Source of the DNA: Lama guanicoe
Lineage: Eukaryota
Assembly: GCA_013239625.1 (NCBI GenBank)
Contig: MU053482.1
Coordinates: forward strand, 3,867,922-3,931,921
Direction: 5' to 3'
Length of the DNA stretch: 64,000 nucleotides
Part shown: piece after piece, positions 62,470 to 64,000 of the stretch
Layout: each line of letters opens with the position of its first letter
Numbering within the stretch: position 1 is the first letter of the stretch
Translations under genes and position numbers: made by a program
Notes under the pieces: generated by a model
Told to the model about the DNA's origin: nothing
The model's input: only the letters and a program-made list of their open reading frames with translations
The model's database searches: none

Positions 62470-63100
62470 ATACTTTGTGAAGGTAAAAACAGATATTATC
62501 AGAGAAAGTCACAAGGAGGACCTGTTTTAGACTGGATAGTCAGGGATGACTTCTCTGAAGAAGGGGTGTTTGGATTGAGACCTGAAAAATGAGGAGTCAT
62601 CCAGGTGAGAGCATGGGCAAGAGTGATCCAGTAAGGGAACAGGATGGGCAAAGGTAGAAAAGAGCTCAGAGTGTTCAAGAAACTGAAGGAAGAAACATTC
62701 AGCACTATTTATGTATATATGTCTGTCTGTATGTATATGTCACAGTGTGAATGCTGATCTCAGGGAAGGTTCTCTCTTCCTGGAAGCTCTTGCTTAGGTG
62801 GCCACATGGCTGGTTCCTTCCCAGTGTTCATATCTCTGCGGAGTTGTCACCTCCTCCAAGAAGACTTCCCTGACCACCCGTTCACACACACTATCCCTTA
62901 TCCAACTGTGTATGTTTTGTGATATCTATCACTAAGTGAAATGGTATTATTTGTCTGATTACTTCTTCATGGATGATCTTCCCCCATTGGAATGGAAACT
63001 CCACAAATACAAATCTTGTACTAATAGGCTGTCAAATTCCCAGCACCTAGCAAACAACAGGCACTTAATAAATGTTTTGTGAATTAATGGATGATAAATG
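62470..63100. mobile_element. L2 remnants (antisense ~62470-62700; sense 3' end ~62800-63100)
   Basis: gtcagggatgacttctctgaagaag; cccagcacctagca...ggcacttaataaatgttttgtgaat. Confidence 0.65.
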
Positions 63101-64000
63101 ATAGGCTGGAGAAACAGAACATTTTAAGGAAATGTAGTTGCATTATAATCAAGCACCCACAGGACAAATGCTGAAAGGGAAGAGGGAGGACGTGTTAGGG
63201 AACCATGCCAGGACATTATTACAGAAGTAGGAAGAGGTGTAATGAGCTTATTTATTATGTGAACGTAAAGGCCAGTACTTAAGCTCCTTGCTCTTAAGTA
63301 GGCTAACATCTCTGCTATTTGCATCACGAATTTGCTTAGCAACTCCTGTTGCCTTTATGATAAATAAACACAGACGCATTTCTGTAACAGGCATCCTTAA
63401 TAACGAAGCTGCTGCCAAGCCTCAGTGAGTGCATGGCTTGTCACCAGTTACAGCAAATATTCTGCAGTGAAAGGCTCTGACTTACGAACGTGGGCACCAT
63501 TTCCATGGCCATGCCCTTCAAGGGATTGTGTCTGGTTGTTTAATGTTTGCACAGTTGTGAGGGGATGAAAGGGCAAGCCGACCTGCATTTGGGTTATTCA
63601 TAGATCTTTGTTGAGCTTTTAAGTAGCCATCACTCATGGATTCCCTTCTGTTTTTTTCTACCATGCTTTTCTAGTTGCTGTTTATAAAACAAACATAATT
63701 CCACTGTCAAATCCCAACATAAAACAAAACAAAACAAAAAGATCCAAGTATTGGAGAGCAAAACAGGTTGAGAGGTGGAATGGCTTGCTCTGTGGATGCT
63801 CAGAGGTTGGGAGTGATGGAGAGAGAGGAGTTGGGATGATATTCGATTTATGGCTTAGGTGACTGGTGTATGTTTTCTATCAGTTGGAGTTCAGTTAAGA
63901 GAAGCAGAACCATTAGGAGATCTCTCTCTCTCTCTTACTCTCTCTCTGTTTAATCAATAGGTATATGCATAGATATAGACATAAGACATAGATATAGATT

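Noticed and set aside
1..64000. CRISPR array, prokaryotic-type system or other novel multi-gene system
   Set aside because: No regularly spaced repeat-spacer array or operon-like gene set is present. The window is explained by mammalian repeats and non-coding DNA.

Overview
This is repeat-rich mammalian DNA, most likely from a camelid: it has three short tRNA-derived vic-1-like SINEs and cetartiodactyl-type L1 3' ends, and I saw no Alu, Bov-A/Bov-B or PRE-1. I found no supportable protein-coding gene, so the window looks intergenic or deep intronic. The ORF track is explained by retroelement remnants, simple repeats or chance. Roughly half the window is layered transposable-element fossils: MIR, L2, CR1/L3, old and younger L1s, MaLR/ERVL/ERV1 solo LTRs, and hAT and Tc2 DNA transposons. 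Many have target-site duplications (TSDs) readable by eye. The best observations are a full-length U6 snRNA-L1 chimeric retrocopy (51.4-51.7 kb), an L1 insertion with an apparent 3' transduction (16.3-16.6 kb), a 5'-end-only L1 with a CpG-rich core between two promoter-bearing solo LTRs (29.6-32.3 kb), a consensus CTCF site (5.94 kb) and several unique blocks that look like enhancers. These are instances of known mechanisms, and I see no evidence of a previously undescribed biological system. Repeat subfamily names come from recall of consensus sequences, not a database search. Boundaries without TSDs are approximate.
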